Below, piece by piece: positions 48,061 to 64,000 of a DNA stretch of 64,000 nucleotides. Made by a program: the position numbers and the translations under genes. This DNA comes from the human T2T-CHM13v2.0 reference genome, Homo sapiens. Position 1 is the first letter of the stretch, and every line of letters starts with the position of its first letter. The DNA is taken from NCBI RefSeq assembly GCF_009914755.1, contig NC_060944.1, one strand, 5' to 3'. Below the pieces are notes generated by a model that was given only the letters and a program-made list of their open reading frames with translations, ran no database searches and was not told the DNA's origin.

Positions 48061-48304
48061 GTCAGGAAAGAGACGGAGGAGGGAGAGGATAAACAGCAAA
48101 TAATAAACACAGGCTCCCGCCTCCTGTGCACAAGCCTGAGACACCACAGGGCACACGAGGAGAGCTAGACCAGCCTCACTGACACCAGCTGCAAAAGGAT
48201 GTGAACCAGTGTTTCTTGAGCACCTACTCTGTACCAGGCACCACAAAGGGCTCTTTACAAGCTTTACCTCTTTTAAAAATTTCACAAATAAATTCCAAAT
48301 ACTT

Positions 48305-49964
<1,660 letters not shown>

Positions 49965-51109
49965 TGATGTCACAGATAAAGAAACTGAGACTTAGAGAGG
50001 GGAAGTGGCTTCAGGGTTCCAGCCACATCTCTGCTAAGGAGAGGCTGGGTGAACTCAGGCAAGCTGTTCCTCCTGAGCCTCAGTTTCATTACTTGTACCG
50101 TGACCTTAAGATGCTTTCAGAAATTGTCTCCCCTTTTCACTATCAAGGGTTGCAGCAGCAAGACGGTGTGAAGATGGTGCTCCGTGTTATGGGCCAGGCC
50201 ATGGGGGTGGGCAGCTGAATGAAGGGAGGGGGCTAGCCACCCTTAGCAGCAAACGCCTCCTCTCCCTGCACACTGAGAGGGCATTGGCACATCACACCAA
50301 CACACCCAGTGGGAAGGATGGCTGGAGGAATGTTCTGGCCTTGGGCTGTGGTGTCTCAGTCCAAGGACACTGGCAGGCTCGCCCTCGGGGGAGGAAGGCA
50401 GGCAGCGCCTGCAGCGAGGAGTGTGCCCTAGAAGAATGCACGATCCTCATATCTCATCAGCAGGCAGAGAGCTAAGGCCTGGCTCTGCCTCTAGGGCCAG
50501 AAGCCACCCCAGGCCATTTGGAACACAGAACCCTGGAATGGGGGGATTCCAGCCTTTAAGGGACACCTAGGCTGATGGTTTCTAGCCGGCATTCTGCAGA
50601 ACCCCCTGAGCCCTGCATGGCCTTGAGGTTGTCCCTCCCTCTCTCTCAGGGGCTGTTTGCTCATCCACAAAATGGGCATGATCGCAACCTTGTTAGCATG
50701 AAAATGTTTGAGATAAACTGTCAAGCAGGGCGCATAACACACTGTATACCCAACACACAACAGGAGGAGAAGGTCTGCCAGGGGAGGAACTGGCATGAAC
50801 AAACACAGACAGGAATGTGTCTCAGGGTCACATTCGGGAAGCACCAGTACCCCAGAGACACTGGCCTGAGACCCAGCCCCTGCACTGACTTCACACCAAA
50901 TGGCAGGATCTCGCAGTCTCTTGCAGCCACTCCACATGCGTTATTCCTGTTGGTCCTCACAATGACTCAGGGCACCACTGCCCCATTGTATAGGTAAGGA
51001 AACTGAGGCACAGAGGGCTGAGCCCCATGCCTGACATTGTTGCATGTTTTCTCAGTTAATCCTCCCACAGCGGCTGTGGTTCTTTGATGAATGACTCTCT
51101 CTCTCATTA

Positions 51110-51742
<633 letters not shown>

Positions 51743-51822
51743 TCAGCATCTGTATCACAGCACAGCCCCAGAAAGCTGGGAAGACCCTGTTCTCAGGAAT
51801 GCCTTTTCATTTACCTGAGGCT

Positions 51823-57316
<5,494 letters not shown>

Positions 57317-57989
57317 AAGAAAACCACAACCAATACATGTTTATTTCCAGACCTAGTATTTAATACTCTCTTCACTTGAATTATTTCATTTTATCCTCAC
57401 AAAAACCTCTAGAGGGAGGGACTCATTTTATCTCCATTTTCCATGAGGAAACAAGCTCAGAGATGTGAAGGAACTTACCCAAGGCCACACAGCAAACGTG
57501 GCACAGCAGCTCTCCGCCCCGTGACCTTGCCCTCCTCATGCTGGGCAAAGGCCCCACCGAGGTTCTGTAGGTCCTGTCAACGGTGAGGACCAGCAGAGAG
57601 GGAGAGCTGGGGGTTGGGGGGGGGCACTGAGGCCTGTGGTTTTATTCATGACCCCCCACCCCACCCCACCAATACCCCTCTGCTCCATAAAACCACAGGA
57701 GCTCAAAAGCCCTGAGGATTCAGCTGGTCAAAAGCCACATTTAACAGAAGGGGAAAATGAGGCACCAAGCGGTAGGGGCAAGTCAGGGCATGGACCACGG
57801 AGCTGGCAGAGCAAGTTGGGGAAGTCCCAGAGGTACCCTCCTAGGCAGCGCCCGCCCCCTCCCCACTCGGGTCCATCAAGCCCTCCAAGACGATGCCAGG
57901 GAAAGCAGCATTCTGATAACTTCCCAAAACCCCCCAGAACGACCCCAGCACATGGGGCTCAGGGTGGTGGCCAGAGGTGTCCATCCAGC

Positions 57990-58430
57990 TCAGGCCCCAG
58001 GCCCGCAGATGAGCTCAGCGCTCCAGCTGCAGCGTGGGGAGAGGAGGGAGGGAAGGGCAAGAGGGATGCTGATTGGCTAATTCAAACCCCAACAGAAACG
58101 GCCCCTCCTCTCCGCCCAGACTCCGGAGAGCCACACACCCGCTCCCCACACCCGCCTCCCCGCCGCCGCCGCCGCTGCTCTAGCTCCACCCACGGAGGCG
58201 CCGCAGCCGGCAGCTAGCTCCAGGTCCCAGCCTCTCCTCCGCCTCTTCCTCATCTTTCTGAAGTCTGACATTTTTTTGTGTCCCTCCCAGAAATCCTCCA
58301 CTATATGCCCAAACGCAGATTCCTCTGAGCTTCTCCAGCTATTCCCTCCCCCTCCCCATCTCCTCCCTACTGCCTTCCCCCACCACCCCCCACCCCTCCC
58401 AACCCAGTGATTGGAATCTGAATATGCCCG
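57990..58430. promoter_or_regulatory. Promoter-like GC/CpG-rich island in intron 2
   Basis: NF-Y-type AGCCAATCAG (58069-58078, minus strand), GC boxes, (CCG)5 at 58160-58174, G-tracts. Confidence 0.55.
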
Positions 58431-58484
58431 GGAGCTGCCCTGTCAAGTAGAGGTACGCTTTGAACTTGGAAACTAACTCATTCT

Positions 58485-61289
<2,805 letters not shown>

Positions 61290-61471
61290 CAGTAGCTGCT
61301 GCTAGTAGGAAGGATTCATATTATGATATCATTTTGGGATACCCTTGATAGAAGCCCTGTGGGTTCACCAGGAATTCCTACTTAGATGAGGAAACTGAGG
61401 CCCAGAGAGGTGGTAGAACTTGGCCATGGACACACGGAAATGAGATGCAAGGCCAACCTGGGCCCCACTTA

Positions 61472-61768
<297 letters not shown>

Positions 61769-61849
61769 TCACTGGGCCCACAGTAGCAGCTAGGAGGCCG
61801 GAGTACTGGCCACACCTAGGACTGAATGAAGCACCGTGGGGGACCTGGA

Positions 61850-62832
61850 TGTGGCAGGCTGAATGACAGACCTCCAAAGACGTCCATGTTCACATTCCCA
61901 GGATCTGTGAATGTTGCCTTACATGGCAAAAGAGACTTTGCAAATATGAGTAAATTAAGGATCCCAAGACAGGGAAACAGAAGCAGAGGCTGGAGTGAGA
62001 TGCTTTGATGTTGGAGGAAGGGGCTGTGATGACGGAGGAAGGGGGTGCCTCTCAAGGCAAGGAAAAGGTTTCTCCCCTGGAGCCTTCCCGAGGAATGCAG
62101 CCCTGCCCAAACCTTGATTTCTAGACCTTTGACCTCCAGGATCAGAAGATAATAATCTGGTGTTCTTTTTTTTGTTGTTTTTGAGACGGAGTCTCACTCT
62201 GTTGCCCAGGCTGGAGTGTAGTGGCACAATCTCAGCTCACTGCAACCTCCTCCTCCCTACTTCAAGCGATTCTCCCTGCCTTAGCCTCCCAAGTAGTTGG
62301 GATTACAGGTGCCCACCACCACACCCAGCTGATTTTTTATATTTTTAGTGGAGACGGGGTTTCACCATGTTGGCCAGGTTGGTCTTGAACTCCTGACCTC
62401 AAGCGATCTGCCCGCCTTGGCCTCCCAAAGTGCTGGGAACAGGTATGAGCCACCCTGCCCAGCCTGGTGTTTTTTTTTTTTTTTTGAGACGGAGTCTCGC
62501 TCTGTCGCCCAGGCTGGAGTGCAGTGGCGCTATCTCGGCTCACTGCAAACTCCCCCTCCTGGGTTCACGCCATTCTCCCGCCTCAGCCTCCTGAGTAGCT
62601 GGGACTACAGGCACCCGCCACCACGCCTGGCTAATTTTTTTTTTTTATTTTTAGTAGAGACGGGGTTTCACCGTGTTAGCCAGGATGGTCTCCATCTCCT
62701 GACCTCGTAATCAGCCTGCCTCGGCCTCCCAAATTGCTGGGATTACAGGCATGAGCCACCGTGCCCTTGGCCTGGTGTTCTTTTAAGCCACTAAATTTGT
62801 AGTGATTTGTTACAGAAGCAACAGGAACACAC
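61850..62832 (+). mobile_element. MLT1 (MaLR) LTR interrupted by two minus-strand Alus (62163-62770)
   Basis: tgtggcaggctgaat...gttgccttacatggcaaaagagactttgca...ttttaagccactaaatttgtagtgatttgttacagaagcaacaggaa. Confidence 0.8.
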
Positions 62833-62870
62833 TGGGGAAGCAGGAGAGGCCATTTAAGAAACATGGATGA

Positions 62871-64000
<1,130 letters not shown>

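Noticed and set aside
58077-58301. 74-aa basic/Ala-rich ORF over the intron 2 island as a coding first exon
   Set aside because: No clear in-frame donor, and the composition follows from the CCG repeat

Overview
Human (or close primate) genomic DNA, very Alu-dense. The whole window lies inside one minus-strand gene, SOGA1/MTCL2 (chr20q11.23, recognised from the protein). I resolved 14 coding exons by hand with GT-AG boundaries. I number them 2-15 by inference; exon 1 and the promoter lie beyond the right edge. They splice to 4299 nt, or 1432 aa plus stop, ending ...EERALPPSE*. A very long putative 3' UTR (about 8.8 kb) runs to the left edge. The rest is intron filled with Alu, L1/L2/MIR, ERVL/MaLR LTR and hAT MITE remnants. 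Almost all ORFs in the supplied track are Alu or antisense artefacts. I see no self-contained new gene system. The best leads are: (i) eleven consecutive phase-0 symmetric exons, so an Alu-flanked exon 2-3 circle would be a stop-less AUG-containing ORF; (ii) four RFX X-box-like motifs about 72 bp apart in intron 3; (iii) a CCAAT/GC-box promoter-like island in intron 2; (iv) an intronic poly(A) alternative C-terminus, and a frame-switch exon 13 with an RBFOX site on its donor; (v) inverted Alus in the 3' UTR with poly(A) signals between the arms; (vi) a 10-residue-period triple LC8-type QT motif; (vii) an unexplained 22-bp hairpin. Repeat subfamily names and repeat coordinates are by eye and approximate.
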